Notes: generated from the letters alone by a model not told the origin. A DNA stretch of 64,000 nt from an uncultured Desulfospira sp. (GCA_963663165.1 OY760175.1:6208001-6272000); one strand, 5' to 3'. Counted from the first letter of the stretch, positions 48,192 to 59,308 are shown. Numbers and translations: made by a program.

Positions 48192-50228
48192 ATGAATGAT
48201 TTGCAGGAAATGGTCAGCGTGGAAAAGAAAAAATACAGGTTTGATAATAACTTCCTGGTTCTGGAAACCGAATGCGGTGAATATAAATTCCAGATCAGTG
48301 GGGAGACCGGACAGGCCGACGCCGAAAAGATTGCCGGGATCATGACCGGTGAAATGGAAAAAGCAGACCAGGTCTTTGATCAGGGCCAGATGAAATCAAG
48401 CCCCTATGCCAAACTGTTGCTTGCCAACCTGAACATTTCAGACCGGTTTGTCCGCCTTGAAAACAAGTATGAAGCGCTTGCCCGGGCTTACGAAGATTTA
48501 AAGGACCGGTCGGCCCGGGTCCATGATTCGGAAAATCCCGGCCAAACGGTTTCACGAGAACCGGACACCCCCCTGGCGGCCCCGGCCCCGGAAGCCGTTC
48601 ATAATGATACGGCCGTTTCAGCCCCCCAAAAGCCGGGTCCCCTGATCCGCCAGATTCTTGGCAATCTGGCCGCCTCCCCGGCCCTTGAAGAACCGTCATC
48701 TGACGGCGGGAAAGACACCCGGCCATCCGGCAGCCGGACTGAACCTGAACCGGCCGGACAACCGCCGGCCCTGTCCCGCCCCATGCCCCCGGAGACCGGA
48801 AAGTTTACCCTGCCGTCCCTGGATTTTCTTGAACAGGGAAAACAGGAAGCCGCCGTTGACCATGAGGTCATCCGGCGGGATGCGGAACTGCTTGAGCAGA
48901 AACTGGGGTATTTCGGCATCAAGGGAGAGGTCATGGAAGTCTCTCCCGGCCCTGTGATCACCACCTTTGAATACAAGCCGGCCCCGGGGATTAAAATCAG
49001 TAAAATCGTTAACCTGGCCGATGATCTGGCCCTGGCCTTGAGCGCGTTGAGCATCCGCCTGGTGGCCCCCATACCAGGGAAAGACGTCATCGGCGTTGAA
49101 ATCCCCAACCCGAGCATGAGCATTGTTCCATTCCGGGATATTGTCAGTTCCAAAGCGTTTGAACAGATCCATTCTCCCACCCCCATCTGCCTGGGCAAGG
49201 ACATCATCGGCAACCCGGTGGTGGTGGGGCTTGAGAAAATGCCCCATCTGCTCATCGCCGGGGCCACGGGAACCGGTAAAAGCGTGGCCTTGAATGCCAT
49301 GATTGCCAGTATCCTGTACAAATCTACCCCGGACCGGGTGAAATTCATCATGATTGATCCCAAGCGGATCGAGCTTTCCCTGTTCAACGACATCCCCCAT
49401 CTGCTCACCCCGGTGATCACGGATATGAAAAAGGCCACCATTGCCCTTCAGTGGGTGGTCCGGGAGATGGAACATCGGTACGAACAGCTGGCAAAGCACA
49501 AGGTCAGAAATATCGAGCAGTACAACCGGAAAATCAGGAAAAAGGAGCTGTCAAAGGATGTGGAAAGCCCTGAGCCCTTTCCCTACATTATCGTGATCAT
49601 TGACGAGCTGGCAGACCTGATGATGACGGCCAGCAAGGATATTGAATTTTCCCTTACCCGCATCGCCCAGATGGCCAGGGCGGCCGGCATTCACCTGATT
49701 CTGGCCACCCAGCGCCCGTCAGTGGATGTCTTAACCGGCATTATCAAGGCCAATTTCCCCACCCGGATATCCTTTCAGGTCTCTTCAAAGACCGACTCCA
49801 GAACGATTATTGACGCCAACGGGGCGGAAACCCTTCTGGGCAGGGGGGATATGCTCTTTGTGCCGCCGGGAACAGCCCGGCTCCAACGGGTCCACGGCAC
49901 CTACCTGTCTGAAAAAGAGCTTGTCACCATCACCGATTTTGTCAAAGCCCAGGGAGCCCCCGAATACGTTCTGGACATCACCACGGAGAAAGACGACGTC
50001 ATGGAAGTCGTTGACATCAGTGATGATGAATATGATGAAAAATACCAGCAGGCTATAGACCATGTCATGTCCACCCGGCAGGCCTCCATATCCGGTGTCC
50101 AGCGGGCATTGAGAATCGGCTACAACCGGGCCGCAAGGATTATTGATATCATGGAAAAAAACGGGGTGGTTTCCCCGTCGGACGGGGTCAAGCCCCGGCA
50201 GGTTCTCAAGGGCCCGGATTATTTTTAA
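48192..50228 (+). CDS. ftsK: FtsK/SpoIIIE DNA translocase with ZapA-like N-terminus and no TM domain
   Basis: PHLLIAGATGTGKS, IDPK, IDELADL, RAAGIHLILATQRP, gamma domain QRALRIGYNRAAR; N-terminal LLANLNISDRF plus coiled coil. Confidence 0.93.
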   Translation: MNDLQEMVSVEKKKYRFDNNFLVLETECGEYKFQISGETGQADAEKIAGIMTGEMEKADQVFDQGQMKSSPYAKLLLANLNISDRFVRLENKYEALARAYEDLKDRSARVHDSENPGQTVSREPDTPLAAPAPEAVHNDTAVSAPQKPGPLIRQILGNLAASPALEEPSSDGGKDTRPSGSRTEPEPAGQPPALSRPMPPETGKFTLPSLDFLEQGKQEAAVDHEVIRRDAELLEQKLGYFGIKGEVMEVSPGPVITTFEYKPAPGIKISKIVNLADDLALALSALSIRLVAPIPGKDVIGVEIPNPSMSIVPFRDIVSSKAFEQIHSPTPICLGKDIIGNPVVVGLEKMPHLLIAGATGTGKSVALNAMIASILYKSTPDRVKFIMIDPKRIELSLFNDIPHLLTPVITDMKKATIALQWVVREMEHRYEQLAKHKVRNIEQYNRKIRKKELSKDVESPEPFPYIIVIIDELADLMMTASKDIEFSLTRIAQMARAAGIHLILATQRPSVDVLTGIIKANFPTRISFQVSSKTDSRTIIDANGAETLLGRGDMLFVPPGTARLQRVHGTYLSEKELVTITDFVKAQGAPEYVLDITTEKDDVMEVVDISDDEYDEKYQQAIDHVMSTRQASISGVQRALRIGYNRAARIIDIMEKNGVVSPSDGVKPRQVLKGPDYF

Positions 50229-50247
50229 CCACAGGGACAACAGGGGC

Positions 50248-50283
50248 GAAGACCCCGGGATACAGGAAGACCCGGGGATACAG
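50248..50283. repeat. 18-bp tandem duplication
   Basis: GAAGACCCCGGGATACAG / GAAGACCCGGGGATACAG. Confidence 0.85.
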
Positions 50284-50316
50284 AAAAGCCTTAACTGAAA
50301 AAAAGTCTCCCGGCCT

Positions 50317-50712
50317 TTACCTCATGGTCACCACGGGGCACTCAGCCTGGAGGATCAGAAACCGGGCCGTGGATCCAAAGAGCATTTTACTGACATTGGA
50401 GCGGCCTTTGATCCCAATGATGATTTCGCCGGCTTTTTTTTCTTCGGCAAAGGCCAGAAGGTCCTCTCCTGCGGACAGTCCCCGGATCAGCAGATGGGTC
50501 TCACAGGGAATCCCTTTCTGGTCAAACCGGGTTTTGGTTTTTTCCAGGGCAGCCTCTGTTTCGTTGATCAGCTTCTGGTCATCCTCATGCCCCTCTTCCA
50601 GAGAGGTGACAATCATAACGCTGCCCTTAAAGGCAATGGCATGGGCCAGGGCAAGTTCTAATAGATCTTCTGATAAATTTGACCCATATTTGTACCCCAC
50701 CAGAATTTTCAT
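50317..50712 (-). CDS. Universal stress protein
   Basis: MKILVG, IIIGIKGRS...FGSTA...CPVV. Confidence 0.92.
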   Translation of the reverse strand: MKILVGYKYGSNLSEDLLELALAHAIAFKGSVMIVTSLEEGHEDDQKLINETEAALEKTKTRFDQKGIPCETHLLIRGLSAGEDLLAFAEEKKAGEIIIGIKGRSNVSKMLFGSTARFLILQAECPVVTMR

Positions 50713-50730
50713 TTAAACCCCTTCTTTAGA

Positions 50731-51102
50731 TCAGATTTCTTTTTTGATTTCCTCTTGGAACACCTTTTCAAAAAACGTATCCGATTCCGTCAGGACATGG
50801 GAATGGATATGCCGGAATTCTTCTAAAAGCTTTTTGGCCAGGGGGGTGAGGGTGGAACCGCCGCCGCTGCTTCCCCCTGATTTTCTGACCAGCAAAGGGC
50901 GTCCAAGCCCCTCTTCCGTGGCTTTGATCTTTCCCCATACCGCCCGGTATCCCATTTTCAATTCCTTGGCGGCAGAATTGATGGAACCGCTTTGCTCTAT
51001 GGCTGACAGGATTTTATACCGGCCCAGGCCGAAAATGACTTTGCCGGCATCATCTTCTATCCAGATTTTGGACCTTATGGTAAACGGATTATCAGCATTC
51101 AT
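50731..51102 (-). CDS. ModE-type winged-HTH protein
   Basis: FGLGR, GSINSAAKELKMGYRAVW, GGSSGGGSTLT. Confidence 0.88.
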   Translation of the reverse strand: MNADNPFTIRSKIWIEDDAGKVIFGLGRYKILSAIEQSGSINSAAKELKMGYRAVWGKIKATEEGLGRPLLVRKSGGSSGGGSTLTPLAKKLLEEFRHIHSHVLTESDTFFEKVFQEEIKKEI

Positions 51103-51161
51103 GCCATCCTATTTACCACAACCCCTTGTAAAAGAAAATCCCCTGTCCGGTTTGAAAACAA

Positions 51162-51974
51162 TTATATTTTGTACATGGTAAGAATACCCGAAATCATGGC
51201 AAAGGCCACAAATCCCACAAGGGTGCCTAAAAACAGAATCAGAACCGGTTCGACCATGGCGTTCATCCGCTGGACATAGGTCTTTAACATTTTTTCATGA
51301 ATATCAGCGGCAATGGAAAGGCTGGTCTCCACACTGCCCGTCTCTTCTCCGACAGCCACCATGCTGGCCACCATGGGCGGGAAAATATGGCCGGCCGCCT
51401 TGATGGGGGCGGACAGGCTCTCTCCGCGCAGGATATGCTCTTCCATTGTTTCCATCACCCGCCTGGCGGCCCGGTTGCCAATGATCCCCTTAACAATCTT
51501 CAAGGATTCCAGGATGCTGATGCCGCTGCCGATCAGGGTGGACAGGTTCCGTGTAAACTGGACGATAAGGGAATAATAAAAGACCGGCCCGATAACGGGT
51601 ATCCGGGTCTTGAGAATATCGATCCCATACCGGACCCGTGAATTCCAGCGGTACAGAAGATAAAAGGACACCCCGCCTGAGCAGAGACCGGCCAGCAGGT
51701 ACCGCCAGTACACTTTGAACCATTCACTCACATCAATGATCAGCTGGGTGTTCCAGGGAAGCCTATGGGTTCTCAAGCGGAGCAGGGGTGTGATCCTCGG
51801 GATGACAAAGGAGACCAGAAAAACGACGACGACCACCACCACAATGGTGACAATGATGGGGTAAATGGCCCCGGTAATCAGGTGGCTCCTGAAATTGGCG
51901 TCCTCTTCAATGTGGTCGGCGATCCGTGTGAGCATCACCCCGAGGGTGCCGCTGGCCTCTCCGGCCGCCACCAT
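51162..51974 (-). pseudogene. N-terminally truncated T2SS GspF/PilC
   Basis: Starts at the internal motif MVAAGEASGTL; YP, MVAVGEETG, EP; no RBS and no partner genes. Confidence 0.8.
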
Positions 51975-52459
51975 TCACCCAACGCCTCCTGAAAGGTCTT
52001 TTTCAGCCGGGCGGCCGAACCGGGAGGCGGTTCAAGGTGCGCCGGCAGCGGCGGCAGCACCAGGCGCTCCGGCCCATCATCGTGGTTGCCCCGGATGGGA
52101 TACACCTTAATGCCGGATCGGTAGACCGGGGCCATGGCCTTTTTCCAGTTTTGATATTGGACCGGGTATGGTGTGCCGCCGTTCCTGAACCAGCCGTTGA
52201 TAAGGTCGCCGGAAACCAGCACAAGATCAGGTTTTTCAAGCACAATGTCATTGGCAATGGCCTGGACAACCCTGTCATTGACACAGGAATGGCCTTCAGG
52301 TGCCCGGTTAGATCCCTGGGTGTCCGTGACCACTGCAAATTTCCAGGGGGGTGGCGTTAACCGGGTACAGGAAGCACCGGCCAGGGAAAATGCTAAAATC
52401 AGGATCAATAGAACAGACAGATGTTTTTTATGGGCAAGTGATGGCATGGCCCGCTCCAA
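51975..52459 (-). pseudogene. C-terminally truncated metallophosphoesterase lipoprotein
   Basis: Lipobox-like LAGASC; DTQG, GDL and GNHD present; later His motifs absent. Confidence 0.78.
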
Positions 52460-52684
52460 CCCTACCGCTCAAACCAGGGAACTTGACGGTTTCGGTCTCC
52501 CGTCTCCTTTTCTCCGGTTTCCGTTTTTTATCCTTATCATCAAAACTGACATCGCCCGCAGGCAAGTTACATGCGATTGCCCTGGTGTGGTAATTGATAT
52601 GGCTTGACCTTTTTAATGAACAGCGGTTTAATCAAATTTTTATATGCGGTTCACCCTGTAATGATTTAAAAAAAGGAAGGTCCT

Positions 52685-53035
52685 TTGAATCCCGTACTGG
52701 CCGCTGTAGCCCTTTTGATCTGCAGCAATGTTTTTATGACATTTGCCTGGTATGCCCATCTTAAAGAACTGAATCACAGCCTTTGGATCACTGCGGCGCT
52801 GATCAGCTGGGGCATTGCATTGTTTGAATATCTGCTGCAGGTGCCGGCCAACCGGATCGGGCATACCGTGCTGTCCGTCGGCCAGTTAAAAATCATTCAG
52901 GAAGTCATTACACTATCTGTTTTTGTCCCTTTTTCAGTGTGTTACTTGAAAGAACCGTTCAAACTCGATTACGTATGGGCAGGATTTTGCCTGATGGGCG
53001 CGGTGTTTTTCATTTTCAGGAGCAAACTTTTTTAA
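52685..53035 (+). CDS. Small DMT-family protein (DUF486)
   Basis: SNVFMTFAWYAHLK, QVPANRIG, QLKIIQEVI. Confidence 0.9.
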   Translation: MNPVLAAVALLICSNVFMTFAWYAHLKELNHSLWITAALISWGIALFEYLLQVPANRIGHTVLSVGQLKIIQEVITLSVFVPFSVCYLKEPFKLDYVWAGFCLMGAVFFIFRSKLF

Positions 53036-53199
53036 TTTTGGCACAACAGATTGATGGCCGGCCACGGAACGGTCACCAGGACATAAATCGGCTGATTCGA
53101 GCGGTTGAGAAAGCCGTCTGCTGGAGGTAATCAGCTGATTTTCTCATAAAATTTCTTTGACAAGAACCCATATGATGGTCTATATCACTCTGGTTTTAA

Positions 53200-53296
53200 T
53201 AATGGTCACGGGCCGCCTTGGTTATCCAACCAAGAGCCGCCCACAACAAATATTGAAAGTCTTCTCAGGACGTTAGGGAGATTTTCTTATAAAAAT
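53200..53296 (+). repeat. ~97-bp dispersed TAACGGCC repeat copy
   Basis: Near-identical to 23260-23356. Confidence 0.9.
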
Positions 53297-53545
53297 TATG
53301 ACAGAACAGTTTAACCGGTTGATAAAGTTTTTAAGATGTTGTTTGGTGTTATGATGTTGTCTATTTTTCCCAGGGGATTATGCCGCCTCAATGTTCTGAT
53401 CCCTTCGGGCTGTCCTGCCTTTTTATTATGCCTTTTTCGGTATGGATTGTCTTAGATCATCTTCCTGTTCCAAGAAACAGAAATCGAATATTGCAATGCC
53501 GGAATAAGGCTTCCGTAAGGTCAGGATCAGGACAAAGGCAACACC

Positions 53546-56500
53546 ATGTTCAAAAGCAAAGATACCCCACGCAGCAACACCTGCCACAAAACCCCTAACA
53601 CCATATTGGAAAACTCATTAAGGGTTCTTGTTCCCCTGTATCTAACCTACTTTATTTTCCTGTTAAGTATTTTTTTTATTTTTATTCCCCAGCAAAAACA
53701 GCAGGTCTTAAATCAAAAAAAGCTGGTCATCCTAAAACTCGCGGAAGTTGGGGTAAGCCTGATTGCAGAGTACAACGCACGGGTTGAACGAAATGAGATT
53801 TCCCTGTCAGCAGCCCAAAAAGAGGCCAGAGACCTCTTAAAAAACATTGCATACAGCACCAATGGAAAAGGGTATTTCTGGATCGGCGACATGTCCGGAA
53901 AAATTATAATGCACCCGCATATAGACCGGTCCAGATGGAAAGAACTTGGGCAAATTAAACTGCCGGATCAAAAAAGCCTTACGGACACCATACGGGGAAT
54001 CGTGGAAAAAAACGGCCAGGGGTACATTACCTATCCCTGGATGAAAGATGGAAAAATTTCCCCATCCGCTTCCAAACTCTCATTTGTAAAAGGTTTTCCC
54101 CCATGGCACTGGATTCTGGGGACCGGGATTTACCAGCATGAGATAGACCATGAAATCGGGTTGATCACCCATAAGTTTGTTAAAATTTTTAAGGCAATTT
54201 TTATTTTCTTAATCATTTTATCGGGGTATATCACCTGGCAGATTATCCACATCAACCAGAAGAAAAACCGGGCGGAGCAGGCCAAGGCCCTTGAAGAACA
54301 AGGGACCAAAAAACTGCTTCAGCTGGTTCAGCTCGAACCCAAAACCCGGAATTCCATTATCGGATTTACCCTCAGGCAGATCATCGACTTAACCCAGAGT
54401 GACTTAGGGTATCTGGCCATAGTGGATGAACCCTGTCAGCGAATGGACCTCTACATATGGCAGGGACAGGATCTGGAACCGGAATGCCGCCAGGTTGAAT
54501 ATACCCCTGACACCATAGACCTGTGGGCAACACCGCTAAAGGACAGGCAAAGCACCATCATCAACGGGTGTCCCGGCCACGCCCGTCTTGCCTCCGAAAA
54601 ATGGCCCGGCCGCCATACAGGGATCACCCGGTTTTTAGGGGTGCCGGTGTTTGATCAGGCGCATATTGCCGTTCTGGCCGGCGTGGCCAATAAGAAGCAG
54701 GCCTATGACAGCTTAGATGTCCGGTTGCTTCAGCTGATGGCCGAAGGCATGTGGAAAGTCCTTGAAACCATAAAAGCCCGGGAAAAACTGGAAAAAAGTG
54801 AGCGCAAATACCGGCTGCTGGCTGAAAACGCCAATGATGTCATCGGCATTATTGACTTTCGGAAATTACAGGCCTTATATATTAGCCAATCCATTGAACA
54901 ATTACTGGGGTATCACTTTAAAGAAGCGGTTAAGCTTCCACCCGAGGCGATTTTTACCGATTCATCATTGAAAGCGCTGCGCCAGACCTTGCATCACAAC
55001 CCGGAACATTTTTTCTCATCTTTGACCGGTAAGCCCCGGTCCATGGTAATTGAACTGGAAATGGTAAAAAAAGACGGTTCTGTGATCTGGACGGAACATA
55101 CGATACGCCCGGTCATGGGAAACCAACGCGAACCCGACAAGATGGTGGTTGTGTTCAGGGACATCACCCAGCGAAAGGCTTTGGAAAATGAACTGATTCA
55201 AAGCCACAGGACCCTTGAGCTTGCCCAAAAAATATCCCAAATAGGCTCCTGGTCTTTTGACCCTGAGTCCGGCACCTGGAGGTATTCAAAGGAGTGCTTC
55301 CGAATATATGAAAAAGCCCTTGATGAAAAGCCCTACTCTCTGGAAAAACATTTTAAAATTTTTTCTTACCGGGGCAGGGACAAATTGGAGACGGCGTTAA
55401 AGAAGGCGGTTACCCAAGGCATTCCCTTTGAAATTGAAACCCTGTTAACCCTGCCGTCAAAAAAAGAAAAGTGGGTTCATATTATTTGCAATCCCCAGGA
55501 AAAGCCGGGCCCCAAAGGATATTCTCTGAGCGGTACCACCCAGGACATTTCCCAGAGAAAAGACATGGAACGTCAAATAAGGCAAAGCCAGAGATTAGAG
55601 GCAATGGGAACCCTTGCCGGCGGTATTGCCCATGATTTTAACAACATCCTTTCATCCATCATGGGGTTCACGGAGCTTGCCAGGCTGGATTTGGAAGACC
55701 GCCCTGAAGTCCTCAAGACCCTGGACCATGTTATGGCCGGCGGGATCCGGGCAAGGGAGCTGGTCAAACAGATCCTTACCTTCAGCCGGAAAACAGACGC
55801 CCAGCAAATCGCCGTAAAACCGGCCATTATGATCAAAGAAAGCCTTAAGTTCCTGAAAGCCTCTGTCCCCAAGAATATCGAAATTAAAAGCCGGATCGCG
55901 GATCATGGCTGCATGGTTTTTGCCGATCCCACCCAGATCCACCAGGTGCTCCTGAACCTGTTGACCAATTCCGTCCATGCCATGAAGGAGAACGGCGGAT
56001 GTCTTGAAGTTTCTTTAAAAACCATCCGTCTTGACCACAGGGATGTCCTGTGCAAGGAAATTTTTCCGGGCCGTTATGTTGAGATATCTGTCAGCGATAC
56101 CGGGTACGGCATCCCCCGCCATTTACTGGATAAAATATTTGATCCTTTTTTTACCACTAAAAAACGGGGAGAGGGAACCGGGTTAGGCCTTTCCACCGCC
56201 TATGGCATTGTGAGTTCGTTGAAAGGAAAAATTCTGGTTCACAGCCGGCCGGACAAGGGGACACGCTTTAACCTTCTCATCCCGGAACATACCAGCGAAA
56301 CCATAGAGATCCCGGATGAACGCAGCATCCCAATGATAACCCGGGGAAACAGCCATCTGCTCATCGTGGATGATGAAGCCGACATCCTGGACTGGACATC
56401 ACAAATGCTCTCCGCCCACGGCTATCAAATTTCAACCGCCTCGACCGCCGAAGAAGCGTTAAAACAATTCAATGCCCACCCGGACCGGTTTGACCTGTTG

Positions 56501-56722
56501 CTGACCGACCTGTCCATGCCGGGAATGGACGGCATTTCGCTGTCTAAACAAATAAATGCCTTAAGGCCCGGCATTCCCATCCTTTTGTGTACGGGAATGC
56601 TTGAAGGAAAAACCCAGGAAATAATTGCAAACACCTGCATTTCAGGTATTATCATGAAACCCGTCATCGCAGGGGAACTGGCCGGGGCCATCGAAACCGC
56701 ATTGGAGGAAGCCAAAGGATGA
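53546..56722 (+). CDS. Hybrid histidine kinase (Cache, GAF, 2x PAS, HisKA, HATPase, REC)
   Basis: GYFWI..MHP, GVANK..YD, AHDFNN, GTGLGL, LTDLSMP. Confidence 0.93.
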   Translation: MFKSKDTPRSNTCHKTPNTILENSLRVLVPLYLTYFIFLLSIFFIFIPQQKQQVLNQKKLVILKLAEVGVSLIAEYNARVERNEISLSAAQKEARDLLKNIAYSTNGKGYFWIGDMSGKIIMHPHIDRSRWKELGQIKLPDQKSLTDTIRGIVEKNGQGYITYPWMKDGKISPSASKLSFVKGFPPWHWILGTGIYQHEIDHEIGLITHKFVKIFKAIFIFLIILSGYITWQIIHINQKKNRAEQAKALEEQGTKKLLQLVQLEPKTRNSIIGFTLRQIIDLTQSDLGYLAIVDEPCQRMDLYIWQGQDLEPECRQVEYTPDTIDLWATPLKDRQSTIINGCPGHARLASEKWPGRHTGITRFLGVPVFDQAHIAVLAGVANKKQAYDSLDVRLLQLMAEGMWKVLETIKAREKLEKSERKYRLLAENANDVIGIIDFRKLQALYISQSIEQLLGYHFKEAVKLPPEAIFTDSSLKALRQTLHHNPEHFFSSLTGKPRSMVIELEMVKKDGSVIWTEHTIRPVMGNQREPDKMVVVFRDITQRKALENELIQSHRTLELAQKISQIGSWSFDPESGTWRYSKECFRIYEKALDEKPYSLEKHFKIFSYRGRDKLETALKKAVTQGIPFEIETLLTLPSKKEKWVHIICNPQEKPGPKGYSLSGTTQDISQRKDMERQIRQSQRLEAMGTLAGGIAHDFNNILSSIMGFTELARLDLEDRPEVLKTLDHVMAGGIRARELVKQILTFSRKTDAQQIAVKPAIMIKESLKFLKASVPKNIEIKSRIADHGCMVFADPTQIHQVLLNLLTNSVHAMKENGGCLEVSLKTIRLDHRDVLCKEIFPGRYVEISVSDTGYGIPRHLLDKIFDPFFTTKKRGEGTGLGLSTAYGIVSSLKGKILVHSRPDKGTRFNLLIPEHTSETIEIPDERSIPMITRGNSHLLIVDDEADILDWTSQMLSAHGYQISTASTAEEALKQFNAHPDRFDLLLTDLSMPGMDGISLSKQINALRPGIPILLCTGMLEGKTQEIIANTCISGIIMKPVIAGELAGAIETALEEAKG

Positions 56723-56942
56723 TCAACATACTGGTTATTGATGATGATCCGGGCGTTTCTCAATTTTTAGCCGCTTTACTGGACACCATGGGGGCTGAGC
56801 ACAGCATTGCCCACAATTTTTTTCCAGGCCAGATCCCTGATCGCGGCCCAGGCATACGATCTGGTTCTTCTGGATCTCGGGCATGTCCCGCTAAAGGCTG
56901 TATGGATTGCTGGATAAGTATGCCCTCCCGCAATTCAAATAA
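56719..56942 (+). pseudogene. Internally deleted NtrC-type response regulator
   Basis: REC start (ILVIDDD...YDLVLLDL, frameshift at T7 56817-56823) joined to HTH tail ISGMSR*RLYGLLDKYALPQFK*. Confidence 0.78.
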
Positions 56943-57097
56943 GGTTTGGACCTGTTCAAAAACAGGACAGTTTCCCATAAGCAGGAACCAAACACTTCCT
57001 GTTTATGGGAAATTTTGCCCCCCTCCCATCCCCATTGAGCTGCCGTTTTAATCAGCTGAAATCGCACTGGTTTATGGATTTCGGCGATATCCTTTCC

Positions 57098-57113
57098 CGG
57101 CACATTTTTTGCT
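57098..57113 (+). promoter_or_regulatory. Sigma54 promoter for the MCP gene
   Basis: CGGCACATTTTTTGCT (GG-N10-GC), 68 bp upstream of the ATG. Confidence 0.75.
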
Positions 57114-57180
57114 TAGTTTTATTTTAGTTTAAACCACACAAACTGTTTTTTAACCTAAGCTAAGAAAGGAAAACTTTAGG

Positions 57181-59178
57181 ATGAAGATGTCATTAAAATC
57201 CAAGTTGCTCATCGGGGGCATCCTGGCCTCCATGCTCCCGCTGGCCGTCACCGGTTACTTTTCGGTAACCAAATCCACTCATGCCCTGGTCAAAAGCGCC
57301 AAATCCCAGTCTGTTCAGATTGCAAATGATCTGGCCGCCCTGTCCGAAGAGGTCATCAAACAGGAAAAAGCCTTTGCCCGGGCCATGGCTCAGGTTCCTG
57401 TCATAAGGGAAACCGCCTCAGCCATATATGACAATGAAATCTATAATTCGAGCCGGGAGATCGGCGAATTAAAACAGTTTCTAATTGACACTTATGGTCA
57501 AACCAATGGCAAATATGAGACACTTCTTGTATTGGATAAGACCGGAACGGTGGTTGCCGACAGCCGAAAAGAAGGGACCAAAATTTTTTCCCTGGCAGAA
57601 CGGCAGTATTTTATTGACGCCAAAAAAGGAAATGTCTGTTTGGGCGACCCTATTCTATCCAAAGCCAGCGGACTTCCCATTTTTGTTATTGCGGCACCGG
57701 TGAAAAAAAACGATGGAACATTTACCGGCGTCTTTGTCACCATCATTACCATGAACGAGCTAAGCCATACCGTCACTAAGGTAAAAATAGGGGAAACCGG
57801 TTATCCCTTTGTTATCAACGGAAAAGGAATGGTCATTGCCCACCCCAAACCTGAAAACATATTTAAAACCGATATTTCCAAATCCGCCGGGATGGAAGCG
57901 GTGGCCGCCAGTATGACCGGCCAGGAAACCGGGGTGCAGTATTATACATTCAAAGGCATTGATAGAATCGCGGGCTTTGCGCCCATCAAGTCGGCGGGCT
58001 GGAGTGTCTGTGTTACCCAGGATGAACACGAGTTCCTGGCCGCAGCCAGGTCCATTCAGAAGGTGGTGTTTATCATCGGCGCGGTCTCCCTTATTATCAT
58101 TTTTGCCGGCGTCCTCTTTTTTGTCAAAGGTATCATGACCCAATTGGGCGGGGAACCTGAGGATATAGCCGGTATCGCCAACACCATTGCCAGCGGGGAT
58201 CTGACCACTCAGTTTAAAGGAGATACCGGAAAACTCACCGGCGTTTATGCGGCCATGAAGAAAATGTCGGAAAACCTGACCCATATGCTCAGAGAGGTTA
58301 CCGGCGGGGTCCAGACCCTGACCACCTCCTCAACAGAGTTATCCGCCATTTCAGAACAAATGGCATCCAATTCCGAAGACACCTCGGCAAAAGCCAACAG
58401 CGTGGCTGCCGCTGCGGAAGAAATGAGCGCCAACATGAATTCAGTGGCTGCGGCGACCGAACAGACCTCTGCCAATATTCACATGATCATTGCCGCGGCT
58501 GAGGAGATGTCCTCCACCATTTCTGAAATTGCGTCCAATACGGCCAAAGGCAGCCAGACCACCATTGATGCCGTCAAAAAGGCTGAAGAAGTCTCCGGGA
58601 AAGTCAATGAACTCGGGGCGGCGGCCTCCCAGATCAGTAAAGTGACCGAAACCATAGCCGATATCTCCGAGCAGACCAACCTTCTGGCCCTTAATGCCAC
58701 CATTGAAGCGGCACGGGCCGGTGAAGCCGGCAAAGGGTTTGCCGTTGTGGCCGCAGAAATCAAGGCCCTGGCCCATCAGACAGCTCAGGCCACCGATGAA
58801 ATCGGGACCCGGATCGGCGAGGTGCAGAAAAGCACCAATGAATCCGTCACCGCCATTAATGAAATCGTTGATGTTATCAATGAGGTGAACACCATCGTGA
58901 CGTCTGTGGCCGCGGCCATTGAAGAACAGACCGCCACCACCCAGGAGATCTCCCACAATGTGAGCCAGGCCGGAACCGGGGTTCAGGATGTCAATGAAAA
59001 CGTCAACCAGGCGTCCGTGGTATCCGGGGAGGTCAGCCAGGATATCCACCAGGTCAGCCGGGCAGCCGACGAAATGAAAAACGGCAGTCTCCAGGTTAAT
59101 GAGAGCGCCGGCGAGCTCTCACGGCTTGCCGAAAACCTTAACCAGTTGATTTCCCAGTTCACCCTGGAAAAATCTTAA
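57181..59178 (+). CDS. Methyl-accepting chemotaxis protein with dCache domain
   Basis: Two TMs; [33 protein letters not shown]. Confidence 0.97.
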   Translation: MKMSLKSKLLIGGILASMLPLAVTGYFSVTKSTHALVKSAKSQSVQIANDLAALSEEVIKQEKAFARAMAQVPVIRETASAIYDNEIYNSSREIGELKQFLIDTYGQTNGKYETLLVLDKTGTVVADSRKEGTKIFSLAERQYFIDAKKGNVCLGDPILSKASGLPIFVIAAPVKKNDGTFTGVFVTIITMNELSHTVTKVKIGETGYPFVINGKGMVIAHPKPENIFKTDISKSAGMEAVAASMTGQETGVQYYTFKGIDRIAGFAPIKSAGWSVCVTQDEHEFLAAARSIQKVVFIIGAVSLIIIFAGVLFFVKGIMTQLGGEPEDIAGIANTIASGDLTTQFKGDTGKLTGVYAAMKKMSENLTHMLREVTGGVQTLTTSSTELSAISEQMASNSEDTSAKANSVAAAAEEMSANMNSVAAATEQTSANIHMIIAAAEEMSSTISEIASNTAKGSQTTIDAVKKAEEVSGKVNELGAAASQISKVTETIADISEQTNLLALNATIEAARAGEAGKGFAVVAAEIKALAHQTAQATDEIGTRIGEVQKSTNESVTAINEIVDVINEVNTIVTSVAAAIEEQTATTQEISHNVSQAGTGVQDVNENVNQASVVSGEVSQDIHQVSRAADEMKNGSLQVNESAGELSRLAENLNQLISQFTLEKS

Positions 59179-59186
59179 GGGAATCA

Positions 59187-59256
59187 GGCTGAAGGGGGTT
59201 GGGCTGAAGGGATGCACAACCCTACGCCCCTTCAGTCTTCAGCCTAATCCCCTTCA
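59187..59256. repeat. Family B CTGAAG/CTTCAG hairpin repeat
   Basis: ggctgaag..gggctgaag ... cttcagt cttcagc ctaatccc; resembles 31218-31298. Confidence 0.75.
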
Positions 59257-59308
59257 TACCTTGCTGCTGCCCCTTTGGGACATTGACTTAAAAGAAAATA
59301 AATGTTAT

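Noticed and set aside
52560..52583. Sigma54 promoter candidates
   Set aside because: Mismatches at conserved positions on both strands
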